Part shown: positions 17,750 to 27,593 of the stretch, one piece after another | How positions within the stretch are numbered: the first letter of the stretch is position 1 | How the letters are laid out: each line of letters opens with the position of its first letter | From: an uncultured Alphaproteobacteria bacterium | GTDB taxonomy: Bacteria; Pseudomonadota; Alphaproteobacteria; UBA3830; CAYLKK01 | Direction: 5' to 3' | DNA: 64,000 nt | Assembly (NCBI GenBank): GCA_964412505.1 | Contig: CAYPOM010000005.1 | Location: 14,411-78,410 of the forward strand | Program-made: the position numbers and the translations under genes | Notes under the pieces: model-generated | Database searches by the model: none | Told to the model about the DNA's origin: nothing | What the model saw: only the letters and a program-made list of their open reading frames with translations

Positions 17750-20200
17750 TCACTGATCGCCTCCATCAGTATTTGGCTTAAATGTAAACGTATCAAACAA
17801 ATTGTTATCTTTATCAGACTGATCATCATCTTTTTCTACTTGTTGTTCGCTATCTACTATACCATCTCCTATTTTGATACCGACCTTTTCGACATTTTGG
17901 ATTTCGTCTATTTCATCTCCGACAAATTCTACATTTGTGTCTGAACTTTCTGTCGATAAATCTTCTGTATTAATTTTTGCTTCTTGTTCATCAGAAATTA
18001 ACGTATCATCTGTTTGTTCGTCTACGACATTCTCCCTGCTAATTTCATCTTTATTTATACTAATATTTTCCTTTTCCATATCTTCTTCATAAACTCTTGG
18101 CAAAACCAACGTCAATATTGTCTCTAAAGGAGAAGTCATTTCGGAATATGTTCCTTGTAAGCGACTAGACATCTTATTAATTCTATCGAGACTTAATTGC
18201 ATATCGTCTTGTGAATAAATCTTATCTTCGACTTTGTGTCTAGTAATATAGAATGTAAACTTTATAAAATCTTGAGAATTTTCTTCTTCTGCTGCAGAAA
18301 ATATTATATTACTGTTTTTATTACTATCTGTTATATAGGAAAATATATCAGATAAAAGCATAATTAGTTTAACATGTGCTGTATATATATAACCTAAATC
18401 AGAATATTCTTGTATTTCTATCTTATTATTATTTTTCAAAGATAATACTCGTACCATTGTATCTATACTAAATACAATATCCGATATTCTGCAATTCGCT
18501 AAATTTGATTTTTTTATTCGACTATCAGTTTGAACAGCTGTATCATATATTTCGGCTACAGCTTTAGATAAATAGTTTGCACTATTATTTATCCTTCGTA
18601 AATCAATTTCTCTTTCATCATGGCTATACTTAGCCTCCTCTAATAATATTTCGCTATATTCACTAATTACACTTGCTGGCAACTTAAGAGCTAGACTTGT
18701 ATGTTTTAAAAACTCTATTTTTTCAGCTTCTGATATAATAGCTTTATCCATAGCAGCTTTATATTTAGATTGCTCAATTAATGCGTTATCGACTTGCTCT
18801 TTGTATGTATTAATGGTCTTTTGTGCATTTTTTTGAATAGCATCAATTCTATTACTTGTTTTTTCTTCCATTTGCTTCTTATAAGAAACGTCATAAGCTC
18901 CAATGGCCGCATAACTTACTCCATCTATTTCAACTACATATATGCTGATAGATGCCCACAAACTTGATCCATCAGTTAACTGCAGTAAAACATCATAATT
19001 CCTAATAGGTATTAAAGATGCAATTGCACTTTTAATGTAAGATACTTCTCTTTCATCAATAACAAACTTAAAAAAATCTACACCAATTAAACTATCAGTT
19101 ACTCTAAATAGATTTAAAGCTTGACTATTATTAAATGTTATAATGTAATCATCACATTTGATAAAGATAACAGGGCAAGGAGCACATCTATTAAATGCAG
19201 TCTCTCTCTTTAGTTTCGCATAGATATTTATATATCTTCGAGCTAAAACTAGTGAGATTAGCAATGTTAAAATCAATCCTACAAAAAATGCTCCATCAAT
19301 TCCTTTTAAAAGCTCTTTAGCTAACACAGTAATAGATGTACTATCTGTTGCTATTACAGACGTTAACATAGGCCCTTTTATTTTTTCATTGAGTTTTATT
19401 TTCGCTATATTTACTCTAAAAGGAATATTATCTTGCATAAAAATAACAGTTTTACCTATATGTTTATTTTTTATAACATCTTTATTGGCCAAGTGGCACC
19501 CAAGTATAACTGCTAAAGTTTTTTGTGATTGCTTACTAAAACTACCATCTAGATTTATATACCTTGAAAAAGATGGAGAGATAACGTAAAAAAACCTAGG
19601 AAATACCCCTTGATCTATTGATCTAACAAATGTATTGTATTTTTTCCAAGGCACAACAAACTTAAAGTAATATTTACTATCGCCTATTTTATGCATCACT
19701 AAATATGATATTAAAATATTAGCAGAATTTCCGTTATTTTCAGGAAATAAGTTAAATACAACATTGCCAGCTTCCGCTTGCTTAAACTCTGCATCTTTCA
19801 GCAAATCAGCATTATCGTATTTGTTTGATGTATATATTAAGGATCCATATTCATCACAAATTTTGATAGATACAATATCTTCATGCTCACCTAAAAATTT
19901 CTTCGTAATCGCTTCTATCTTCTTTAATTTAGCTATGTCACTATTACGAAACGATTTAGTGAATTGCTGTAGAAGAGAAACATCTTTTTCAATACCGACA
20001 GAAATTGTATTCGATATGTTACTATTTTCTGTGCTAATGAACGTATGCAAACAATCTTCTACACTTCTAGATGATGTATGTTCTATATAATTCACACCTG
20101 AATAAAATGGTATGAACAAACACAACCAAACTATCAGAGAAACAAACAAATAACGCGACATAACGTATTGCCCTAAGAAATAACAATACATTATACGCAA
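17750..20200 (-). CDS. Membrane sensor-like protein with a degenerate histidine-kinase core (pseudo-HK) and an acidic C-terminal tail
   Basis: Two hydrophobic segments flank a ~270-aa extracytoplasmic region, followed by a PAS-like region. The DHp-like FLKHTSLALKLPASVISEYSEILLEE has Leu where the phospho-His sits in FLxxxSHELRTPL. The CA-like region lacks the N, G1 and G2 boxes, and the last ~110 aa are rich in D/E. The start is uncertain (an alternative M lies at 20161). Confidence 0.5.
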   Translation of the reverse strand: MRIMYCYFLGQYVMSRYLFVSLIVWLCLFIPFYSGVNYIEHTSSRSVEDCLHTFISTENSNISNTISVGIEKDVSLLQQFTKSFRNSDIAKLKKIEAITKKFLGEHEDIVSIKICDEYGSLIYTSNKYDNADLLKDAEFKQAEAGNVVFNLFPENNGNSANILISYLVMHKIGDSKYYFKFVVPWKKYNTFVRSIDQGVFPRFFYVISPSFSRYINLDGSFSKQSQKTLAVILGCHLANKDVIKNKHIGKTVIFMQDNIPFRVNIAKIKLNEKIKGPMLTSVIATDSTSITVLAKELLKGIDGAFFVGLILTLLISLVLARRYINIYAKLKRETAFNRCAPCPVIFIKCDDYIITFNNSQALNLFRVTDSLIGVDFFKFVIDEREVSYIKSAIASLIPIRNYDVLLQLTDGSSLWASISIYVVEIDGVSYAAIGAYDVSYKKQMEEKTSNRIDAIQKNAQKTINTYKEQVDNALIEQSKYKAAMDKAIISEAEKIEFLKHTSLALKLPASVISEYSEILLEEAKYSHDEREIDLRRINNSANYLSKAVAEIYDTAVQTDSRIKKSNLANCRISDIVFSIDTMVRVLSLKNNNKIEIQEYSDLGYIYTAHVKLIMLLSDIFSYITDSNKNSNIIFSAAEEENSQDFIKFTFYITRHKVEDKIYSQDDMQLSLDRINKMSSRLQGTYSEMTSPLETILTLVLPRVYEEDMEKENISINKDEISRENVVDEQTDDTLISDEQEAKINTEDLSTESSDTNVEFVGDEIDEIQNVEKVGIKIGDGIVDSEQQVEKDDDQSDKDNNLFDTFTFKPNTDGGDQ

Positions 20201-20274
20201 TCAATATTATAAAATTATTAAAAAAAGGATTAATATTGCTACTAATCCCACAGAAATTCACAGTATAGCAATTA

Positions 20275-20544
20275 TTAGCCAAGCATTTTAAGATTTTTAC
20301 CTGGTTTAAACTTCACTGACTTTCGAGAAGGAATAACCATTGTCGCACCAGTTTTAAAATTTCTTCCGTTTCTAGCCGCAACTTCCTTCACTAAAAAATT
20401 TCCAAACCCTACTATAGCGACTTCATCTCCAGCTTTCAAAGCCTCAGTAACAGAGTCTAAAAACGCGTTCAACGCCTTCTCAGTATCTGTTTTAGTTAAA
20501 CCACTCAATTGCATCATAGATTCGATTAAACTAGATTTATTCAT
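20275..20544 (-). CDS. hup: DNA-binding protein HU/IHF family
   Basis: MNKSSLIESMMQLSGLTKTDTEKALNAFLDSVTEALKAGDEVAIVGFGNFLVKEVAARNGRNFKTGATMVIPSRKSVKFKPGKNLK is a typical HU sequence. The ORF track extends to 20622, but the 90-aa form fits the family. Confidence 0.85.
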   Translation of the reverse strand: MNKSSLIESMMQLSGLTKTDTEKALNAFLDSVTEALKAGDEVAIVGFGNFLVKEVAARNGRNFKTGATMVIPSRKSVKFKPGKNLKMLG

Positions 20545-20654
20545 TTTTGTAATCCCAAACAAAAAACAACAATAAAAGAGCAACGCATGCTGCAGACAAG
20601 ATATATCACAATCTGCACTCAAAAATCAACTGTTAAAGCTATGTTTGCATAATT

Positions 20655-21376
20655 CTGCAGATTAAAAGTAGAATCCGAACGGAGTGATTGCTAGAAGAGT
20701 CGAGAAATCGGGCTGATATATTATATTTTTTTAAAGGATTACCCAACTATGAAAGGATATATTAAAAAGAGCGGAAAGCACAGTCATTTATCAATAGAAG
20801 AACGAAGCATGATAGATGTGTTTTTGATTATGTAGATGTCTATTTCGAGGATTGCAGAGCATTTAAATCGTTCCAAATCAACTATTTCAGATGAAGTACG
20901 AAGAGGTAAGTACAACGGCAAATATAAAGCCAAAATTGCAAACAATAGGTCATTGAGGGACAGAAAGCTGTCACACAAACACTCAAAGTGGAGGAATCAA
21001 GATTTGCTGCATATCATTGATAGATACATTCAGAAGCGCTAGTCACCAGAGATTATTTCAAATATTTTGCGTATTGAACATGGCATTAAATTCTTACACA
21101 CGAGCATATACACTCTAATAAAAAAGCACAGACCAGAGTTGAGGAAATATCTAGCTATGAATGGCAAAAAGCCACAAAAAATGTACAAAGATAAATACAA
21201 AGGCTCTATTGAAAATAGAAATAAAATACTCAGACAGCTCTTTTGGAAAGAAAGTAATCCGTGATGAATTAATTGCAAATGAGCAAATCTGTACCATCCA
21301 AATAGACCGATGAAACTCCAAAACTGAAACGCTCCAACTCAGTCTATTTCCAAGTCGTTCGGATTATTAATTTAAT
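20655..21376 (+). mobile_element. IS30-family insertion sequence relic (internally deleted, disrupted transposase)
   Basis: The left inverted repeat is CTGCAGATTAAAAGTAGAATCCGAACGGAGTGATTG. Broken reading frames encode an IS30-like HTH N-terminus (LSIEERSMI..., ISRIAEHLNRSKSTISDEVRRG, SPEIISNILRIEHGIKFLHTSIYTLIKK). A C-terminal NRPMKLQN..TP remnant (like NNRPRK.L..KTP) is present and the DDE core is missing. The right end CGTTCGGATT resembles the inverted left end. Confidence 0.75.
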
Positions 21377-21401
21377 ATGACCATTAACAGAAAGTGAAAC
21401 A

Positions 21402-22334
21402 TTAATTGCAACTTGGTAAATTTTTTATAGTCGTTGCTTTTTTTTCAGGATTTGCAAAATACATTTTATACGCAACATTAGCCTGATTATAGACCACCAT
21501 GCCACACCTAAAATCATCGACATTACTTCCGCATCTAATCAATATATTCTTTACATATAAATCTAAGTTCAATAATACATTTATCCTATCAATGCACAAT
21601 TGAGCAAACTCTTTATCATCTTCAGTCTCAGCTATTTGCTTAGTAATAAATCTAAATTTAATATAATAACTTATAACATTATCAAACAAGCAATCAAGGC
21701 CATGCATATCTTTAAAATTAACAAATATAGTAGAGCGAATATCGCTATTTATCAATTCTTTTGGAATATTTATTAGCTGACGGCTAAACCAATAGCTGTA
21801 GTAATCATAGCCTCGTAAATCACAATAGAAATGCTTATTAACTTTTATTACATTAGTTTTAAATGTAGGATCAAGCCACTCATCAATACAATACAAATTA
21901 ACTGCAAAGTGTTTCCTAAAATCATGCAATAAATCATTCACATAATTCTCTGCCGCTTTTCCATTACACATATCCTTACTAAAGTTATTGTATAACGGTA
22001 GTTTAATAAATTTTTGTTTTGCAAAGCCACCAACAGATATATTTAAATTAGAGCACCCAAAGTCCTGCAAAAATGACATAAAATAGTAACAATTCTGCAC
22101 GATCTGATTGAACAACATAGGAATGATGATTTTCATAGTCCACGTGTTAGTCAACTTACCAGAACTAATTTTACTATCTAAACCGTCAATTAAACTGACT
22201 TCATAAGGTCTATTGTAAACATTCTCAGAAAAAAAGCCACGTGTAACTAAATCCGACATACATATCGCATTTTCTAAAGAAAACACAATACAACAAACAA
22301 ATAGAAAGGCTAAAATGCGCAATCTAATCATCAA
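21402..22334 (-). CDS. Hypothetical Cys-rich secreted protein (orphan)
   Basis: 310-aa ORF with a signal-like N-terminus (MMIRLRILAFLFVCCIVFSLENA). It starts 12 nt downstream of fabF on the same strand. I recognise no motif. Confidence 0.5.
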   Translation of the reverse strand: MMIRLRILAFLFVCCIVFSLENAICMSDLVTRGFFSENVYNRPYEVSLIDGLDSKISSGKLTNTWTMKIIIPMLFNQIVQNCYYFMSFLQDFGCSNLNISVGGFAKQKFIKLPLYNNFSKDMCNGKAAENYVNDLLHDFRKHFAVNLYCIDEWLDPTFKTNVIKVNKHFYCDLRGYDYYSYWFSRQLINIPKELINSDIRSTIFVNFKDMHGLDCLFDNVISYYIKFRFITKQIAETEDDKEFAQLCIDRINVLLNLDLYVKNILIRCGSNVDDFRCGMVVYNQANVAYKMYFANPEKKATTIKNLPSCN

Positions 22335-22345
22335 ATTCTATACAG

Positions 22346-23611
22346 TTAAACTTTTCGCAAAATCAAGCTAGAATTAGTACCACCAAAACCAAACGAATTA
22401 GACATAGCCACAGAAACACTTTTTTCCTTAGAGACTAACGGAACTAAGTCCAATTTTGTTTCTTCTTGATCATGCAAATTTAATGTACCAGGTACGATAC
22501 CGTCTCTAATTGCTAGAGCAGAAAATATAGCTTCTACAGAGCCAGCTGCGCCTAATAAATGCCCAATTGAAGATTTTGTAGACGATACACTAACGCGAGT
22601 ATTTTTACCTGCAAACAACGTCTCCAATGCACGAAGCTCAGCTAAATCACCCAATTGAGTAGAAGTTCCATGAGCATTTACATAATCAACCTCAGATGCA
22701 TCGATACCAGCAGAAGCTAGAGCCCTCTGCATCGCTCTAAGAGCGCCATTCCCATCCTCAGGCGGAGAAGTAATATGATGAGCATCGCTTGACAGTCCAT
22801 AGCCTACTACTTCAGCATATATCTTTGCTCCACGCTTAACAGCTCTCTCATACTCCTCTAAAACAACTATACCAGCACCTTCGCCCATAACGAAGCCATC
22901 CCTGTTCTTATCCCATGGTCTCGAAGCCTCATGTGGAGAATCGTTGTAGGAAGTAGACAAAGATCGTGCAGCTGCGAAACCAGCTAATCCGATACGGCAC
23001 ACAGCCGCTTCTGAACCTCCTGCTACCATTAAATCAGCGTCACCATATTTAATTAACCTTGCAGCATCACCAATCGCATGAGTCCCAGTTGAACATGCTG
23101 TAACAACAGAATGATTAGGACCACGAAATCCGTATTTCATAGATATATGCCCTGATGCCAAATTTATCAAAGCAGAAGGAATGAAAAAAGGAGAAACGCG
23201 CCTAGGTCCCTTTTCGTGCAATGTTATTGATGTATCGTATATGCTAGACAAACCACCAATACCTGATCCAACAAGCACACCGGTACGTTCTTTTTCTTCA
23301 TCTGACAGGCAATCTATACCAGCATCAGCAACAGCTTTAGAAGCGGCCGCCAAAGCATACAAAATAAATTTATCTACACGAGATATTTCGCGCTCTTCCA
23401 TCCAATCCAACGGATTTAACAAGCACGAAGCACCCTTAGGATTTTCATGACTAGGTAGCTGCCCAGCAATCTGAGATTTTATGTCACTAATTTCAAAACC
23501 GAAAACTCTTTCTATTCCTGACTCACCGGCCAAAATACGCTTCCAAGCTTCTTCTATGCAACATGAAAGAGGACAAAGCCCCCCGATACCAGTTACAACC
23601 ACCCTTCTCAT
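22346..23611 (-). CDS. fabF: 3-oxoacyl-ACP synthase II
   Basis: It carries the active-site ACSTG, the HxxxP / NAHGTST His motifs and the C-terminal NSFGFGGTN. Confidence 0.95.
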   Translation of the reverse strand: MRRVVVTGIGGLCPLSCCIEEAWKRILAGESGIERVFGFEISDIKSQIAGQLPSHENPKGASCLLNPLDWMEEREISRVDKFILYALAAASKAVADAGIDCLSDEEKERTGVLVGSGIGGLSSIYDTSITLHEKGPRRVSPFFIPSALINLASGHISMKYGFRGPNHSVVTACSTGTHAIGDAARLIKYGDADLMVAGGSEAAVCRIGLAGFAAARSLSTSYNDSPHEASRPWDKNRDGFVMGEGAGIVVLEEYERAVKRGAKIYAEVVGYGLSSDAHHITSPPEDGNGALRAMQRALASAGIDASEVDYVNAHGTSTQLGDLAELRALETLFAGKNTRVSVSSTKSSIGHLLGAAGSVEAIFSALAIRDGIVPGTLNLHDQEETKLDLVPLVSKEKSVSVAMSNSFGFGGTNSSLILRKV

Positions 23612-23622
23612 ATTACCTCTAA

Positions 23623-23862
23623 CTATTTAGAATTCTCTTTAACGAATGAAATAACATCACCAACAGTCTTTAATTTCTCTGCAGCTTCTTCATCGCTTAT
23701 TTCTAACCCGAACGTTTCTTCGATTTCCATAACCATTTCAACAACATCCAAGCTATCAGCACCTAAATCGTTTACGATATCAGCACTATCTACCAACTTA
23801 TCGACTTCACACCCCAGCCTCTTGGCCATTATAGTCTTTAATTCTGCCTCAATGTTATTCAT
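23623..23862 (-). CDS. acpP: Acyl carrier protein
   Basis: 79 aa with the LGADSLDVVEMVMEIEE phosphopantetheine attachment motif. Confidence 0.95.
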   Translation of the reverse strand: MNNIEAELKTIMAKRLGCEVDKLVDSADIVNDLGADSLDVVEMVMEIEETFGLEISDEEAAEKLKTVGDVISFVKENSK

Positions 23863-23896
23863 TATTTTTTCCCCAAAACAAACATAAGATGGCCAA

Positions 23897-23925
23897 ACTA
23901 TACAATAGAATTAACACAAAATCAA
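23897..23925 (-). promoter_or_regulatory. Candidate sigma70-type promoter for acpP-fabF
   Basis: The minus strand reads TTGATT-N17-TATAGT, ending about 35 nt upstream of the acpP ATG. Such motifs arise by chance in AT-rich DNA. Confidence 0.3.
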
Positions 23926-23971
23926 TCTTGACATGAATCTTAGCTTTGAAAATCTCTTAATATTGCAAAAA

Positions 23972-24110
23972 TCATTCGCCTAACATCCAACGAGGTTTTT
24001 GGCGGAAAGAAATCTGATCACAATTCCATCAACTTTTAATTGGCTATACGGAAACATGCGATAAGCGCAAGTCGTCAACTACGGAAACTCTGCGCATTAA
24101 AGCAACAACC
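23972..24110 (-). pseudogene. Stray fragment of the tsaD 3-prime end
   Basis: 23972-24017 matches the last 46 nt of tsaD at 38679-38724 at about 39/46 positions. It encodes ISFRPKPRWMLGE-stop, whose last 13 aa match the TsaD C-terminus exactly. Similarity decays further upstream, where in-frame stops appear. Confidence 0.7.
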
Positions 24111-24126
24111 AAAACAATTTCTTATT

Positions 24127-24370
24127 AAATAGTTGATTTAGAGTGATTCTGATGCTCTGCTATCCTCGAAATAGGCATTCCAAACATCAAAAACGCATCT
24201 ATCGTTCCAAGGTTCTTCTCTTGATAAATGACTGTTGTGTACTTTCTACTCTTTTTAATATATTCTTTCATAGCCTAGCGATCCTACAAAACCAATAAAT
24301 AATATATCAATTACACGATCTTTTGACTCTAATATCAATCACTCCGTTCGGATTCTACTTTTAATCTGCG
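24127..24370 (-). mobile_element. IS30-family relic 2 (left end plus transposase N-terminal remnant only)
   Basis: 24336-24369 is a perfect 34-bp reverse complement of 20657-20690. The minus strand encodes MKEYIKKSRKY....PISRIAEHQNHSKSTI followed by stops, which parallels relic 1. Confidence 0.7.
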
Positions 24371-24444
24371 AGATTACATCTTGACAATTGAGCTGTTGAC
24401 TTTATATAAGAATTGTAATATCTTTCTAAAGTTTTGGGGATGCG

Positions 24445-25569
24445 ATGTTTAAATTAAATTCACGAAAAATAAATGGAGCTTGTTTAGCTATCGGGGCATA
24501 TGCTTTTTTTTGGATCTGCAATAATGCTTGTAATTTAAATGTTTGTTGCACAGGGCAACAGAGTGAAATATCATGTGATAATCCACTTAACTCTTACAAT
24601 GTAGATTCTTTGCTCTATATGTCTGGAGGCCAAAGTTCAATACAGTCAGATGACACAACGTTTCTTAGTACACTTGATTTTAATGGCGAGACCGCTGAGT
24701 ATCCGAATGAACAAGATAATGCACATTATAACACAGAAAAGAAGTCTATAAGAATATGTGATAGAGATGCTTTTTTGATTAGTGGCATCGTTAAAGGTAA
24801 CTTTTACTCATCAGCTATAAAATCTGGAATTCCCGCCAATGTAGTATCAAAGTTCTGCAATGTGTTTAGCTCTAGGATAAACTTCAAAAATTCACTTAGA
24901 AATGGAGATACATTCATTATAGTATACGATAACAACAATGTTCTATTGTACGGGAAAATAAGCACGAAAAAAGGCGGTTATTGTGTATATGCGTATGCAA
25001 AAAATGATAACAAGATGTGTTATATTTTTGAAAACGGATGTTCTGCAAACGCTGATTCTTCAAAGTTCTTTTCACAGCCTATTTCTGGGGCTAGAATTTC
25101 ATCTTATTTTGGCCCAAGGAGACACCCTGTTTTTGGCGTAATCAAGAATCATACTGGAGTCGATTATGTCGCAGCGTATGGAACCCCTGTCAAATCAGCT
25201 TATAGCGGAAGAGTAGTTTTTGCTGGGTATGATGCCGGATATGGGAAACACGTAATAATACTCCACCCGAATGGATATAAAACGAAATATGCGCATCTAA
25301 GCAGTATTAATGTTCGATATGGGCAAAATGTAGATAAAAATACAGTTATAGGTAGAGTAGGTTCTACAGGAATTAGTACTGGTTGCCATTTGCATTTTGA
25401 AATGATTGCTTCTAATGGAATTCGAGTCAATCCGCTTCGCAGGATTACTGTCGCTCCTGAACATAAACTTTGTGGAGCTAAGTTAAACCACTTTGTTTCA
25501 TATAGAAATTCTGTTGATAAAATAGTAGAGAATGCTATTTCGAAAGAAAAAGTATTCGGCGAAATCTAA
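24445..25569 (+). CDS. M23 family (LytM-type) metallopeptidase
   Basis: HTGVDYVAAYGTPV, the later GYGKHVIILHPNGYKTKYAHLS and STGCHLHFE are the HxxxD and HxH motifs of M23 peptidases. An N-terminal membrane or signal segment is present. Confidence 0.85.
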   Translation: MFKLNSRKINGACLAIGAYAFFWICNNACNLNVCCTGQQSEISCDNPLNSYNVDSLLYMSGGQSSIQSDDTTFLSTLDFNGETAEYPNEQDNAHYNTEKKSIRICDRDAFLISGIVKGNFYSSAIKSGIPANVVSKFCNVFSSRINFKNSLRNGDTFIIVYDNNNVLLYGKISTKKGGYCVYAYAKNDNKMCYIFENGCSANADSSKFFSQPISGARISSYFGPRRHPVFGVIKNHTGVDYVAAYGTPVKSAYSGRVVFAGYDAGYGKHVIILHPNGYKTKYAHLSSINVRYGQNVDKNTVIGRVGSTGISTGCHLHFEMIASNGIRVNPLRRITVAPEHKLCGAKLNHFVSYRNSVDKIVENAISKEKVFGEI

Positions 25570-25574
25570 ATAAT

Positions 25575-27593
25575 ATGGAAACAGATAGAATTATTCTTTT
25601 ACACAAAGAATTATCTGAAAAATTGCAAAAATTTGCAGAAAGTTACTATTTGTTCGATTCTCCTATTGTTAGCGATTCTGAGTATGATGAATTATACAGG
25701 AAGTTAGTATCGTTAGAAACAGAATATCCAGAATTGAAGAATGGTGTAGTTAGTGTTTCTGAGAAAATAGGAGCAGGAAAGTTAGATGCAAAATTTAGAA
25801 AGATATGGCATATTAGTCAAATGTTATCTCTTGAAAACGCATTTAATAATGATGACATAGAAGCTTTTCTTAGTAGAATAAACAAATTAGCAGGTTGTAA
25901 TAGCTTTATTGAAATGGTAGCAGAAGCGAAATTAGATGGCCTATCTGCATCAATTAGATATTCTGCAGGACGACTTGTAAGTGCAGCCACAAGGGGTGAT
26001 GGGATAGTAGGTGAAGATGTTACAGAAAATGTAAAGTGCATAGATAATGTACCTATACAGATTAATTCAGATGGCCTTCCAGATACTATAGAAATTCGTG
26101 GCGAAGTTGTGATGCTAAAAGCTGACTTTGTCGAGTTAAATAAAGATAGAGAAAAAGTAGGTTTACAAAAATTTGTGAATCCAAGAAATGCGGCTGCTGG
26201 GTCTTTGCGCCAATTGGATCCTAATATTACTAAGTCTAGAAAATTGAAATTTTTCGCATATCAAATTGTTGGAGATCAAAAGATAAAGAATCAATCTGAT
26301 AGTCTTGATGCATTAATTAATTATGGGTTTGATGTTAACCCTATATTTAAAATTTGCAAAAGCAAACAAGAATTATACGAATTCTATAATGATGTGAATC
26401 ATAGACGTGCAGAGTTGGCATTTGATATAGATGGAGTTGTTTTTAAGGTTAACGATTTAAGTTTGCAGACTGAACTTGGTAATACAAGCAAATATCCTCG
26501 GCATTCTATAGCGTATAAATTTTCAGCAGAACAAGCAGAAACAAAGATTCTTGATATATTTGTTCAAGTTGGACGAACAGGAGTAATTACTCCAGTAGCG
26601 AGTGTTCTCCCTGTAAATGTAGGTGGTGTAGAAATTTCTAAAGCTACATTGCATAATAAAGATGAAATAAACAGGAAAGATATAAGAATTGGAGATACAG
26701 TTATAATACAGAGAGCTGGGGATGTAATACCTCAAATAGTTTCTGTTATTCCTAGTAGTCGACATTTGTCATCTCAAAAATATGAATTTCCTAGTATTTG
26801 TCCAAGTTGCGGAAGTACTTTAGTAGATGGTGAAGATGTAGCGATTAAGTGTCCAAATGTAGAAAATTGTAAAGCTCAGAACATAGAAAGAATAATACAT
26901 TTTGTGTCTAAGAATGCCATTAATATTGATGGACTTGGAGATAAAACAATAGAATTTTTGGTAGAAAATGGATTTGTAAAATCGCAATTAGATATTTTCA
27001 AGTTTAGCGAATATAGTAGGTTTTTGTTGCAATTTGATGGATGGGGTGAACGTCAAATTTTGAACATAAAAAACGCCATTGATAAAAGTAAAAAAAGTTC
27101 ATTAGATAGGTTTATATATTCATTAAGTATTCCGCTCGTTGGAAAAATTGTTTCGAAACAATTAGCTGTTTTTTTTGAAACTTCGAAAAAATTTATAGAA
27201 TGTGGAGAAAAAGGAGATTTTTCTTCTTTAATCAATGTAGATGGAATTGGTTCATCGATTATACATGAATGTGAAAAGTGGTTTTCGATAAAAAATAATG
27301 TCGATCTTATAAAACAGCTGAATAATATTCTCGATATAGTTAGCGTCAATAAACATGCCAGTGGCATGTTGGCTGGAATGATATTCATATTTACAGGCAC
27401 ATTAGAATCTTTCTCAAGAGATGAAGCTAAACGTTTGGTCGAAGAAAATGGAGGAGTTGTAGTATCATCTATCTCAAAAAAAATAAATTTTGTAGTAGCA
27501 GGGGCCTCTGCTGGAAGTAAGTTAAATAAAGCGAAAGAACTAGATCTAAAAATAATATCAGAAGACGAATTTAAAACTATTTTACAATTATGA
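25575..27593 (+). CDS. ligA: NAD-dependent DNA ligase
   Basis: The adenylation motif KLDGLS, a Zn-finger (CPSCGSTLV...CPN..C), HhH repeats and a C-terminal BRCT domain are present. Confidence 0.95.
   Translation: METDRIILLHKELSEKLQKFAESYYLFDSPIVSDSEYDELYRKLVSLETEYPELKNGVVSVSEKIGAGKLDAKFRKIWHISQMLSLENAFNNDDIEAFLSRINKLAGCNSFIEMVAEAKLDGLSASIRYSAGRLVSAATRGDGIVGEDVTENVKCIDNVPIQINSDGLPDTIEIRGEVVMLKADFVELNKDREKVGLQKFVNPRNAAAGSLRQLDPNITKSRKLKFFAYQIVGDQKIKNQSDSLDALINYGFDVNPIFKICKSKQELYEFYNDVNHRRAELAFDIDGVVFKVNDLSLQTELGNTSKYPRHSIAYKFSAEQAETKILDIFVQVGRTGVITPVASVLPVNVGGVEISKATLHNKDEINRKDIRIGDTVIIQRAGDVIPQIVSVIPSSRHLSSQKYEFPSICPSCGSTLVDGEDVAIKCPNVENCKAQNIERIIHFVSKNAINIDGLGDKTIEFLVENGFVKSQLDIFKFSEYSRFLLQFDGWGERQILNIKNAIDKSKKSSLDRFIYSLSIPLVGKIVSKQLAVFFETSKKFIECGEKGDFSSLINVDGIGSSIIHECEKWFSIKNNVDLIKQLNNILDIVSVNKHASGMLAGMIFIFTGTLESFSRDEAKRLVEENGGVVVSSISKKINFVVAGASAGSKLNKAKELDLKIISEDEFKTILQL

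Noticed and set aside
20655-24370. Composite transposon interpretation of the IS-bracketed segment
   Set aside because: Both IS copies are dead, one being only an end fragment. The cargo includes essential acpP-fabF. A rearrangement scar is more plausible than a mobile unit.
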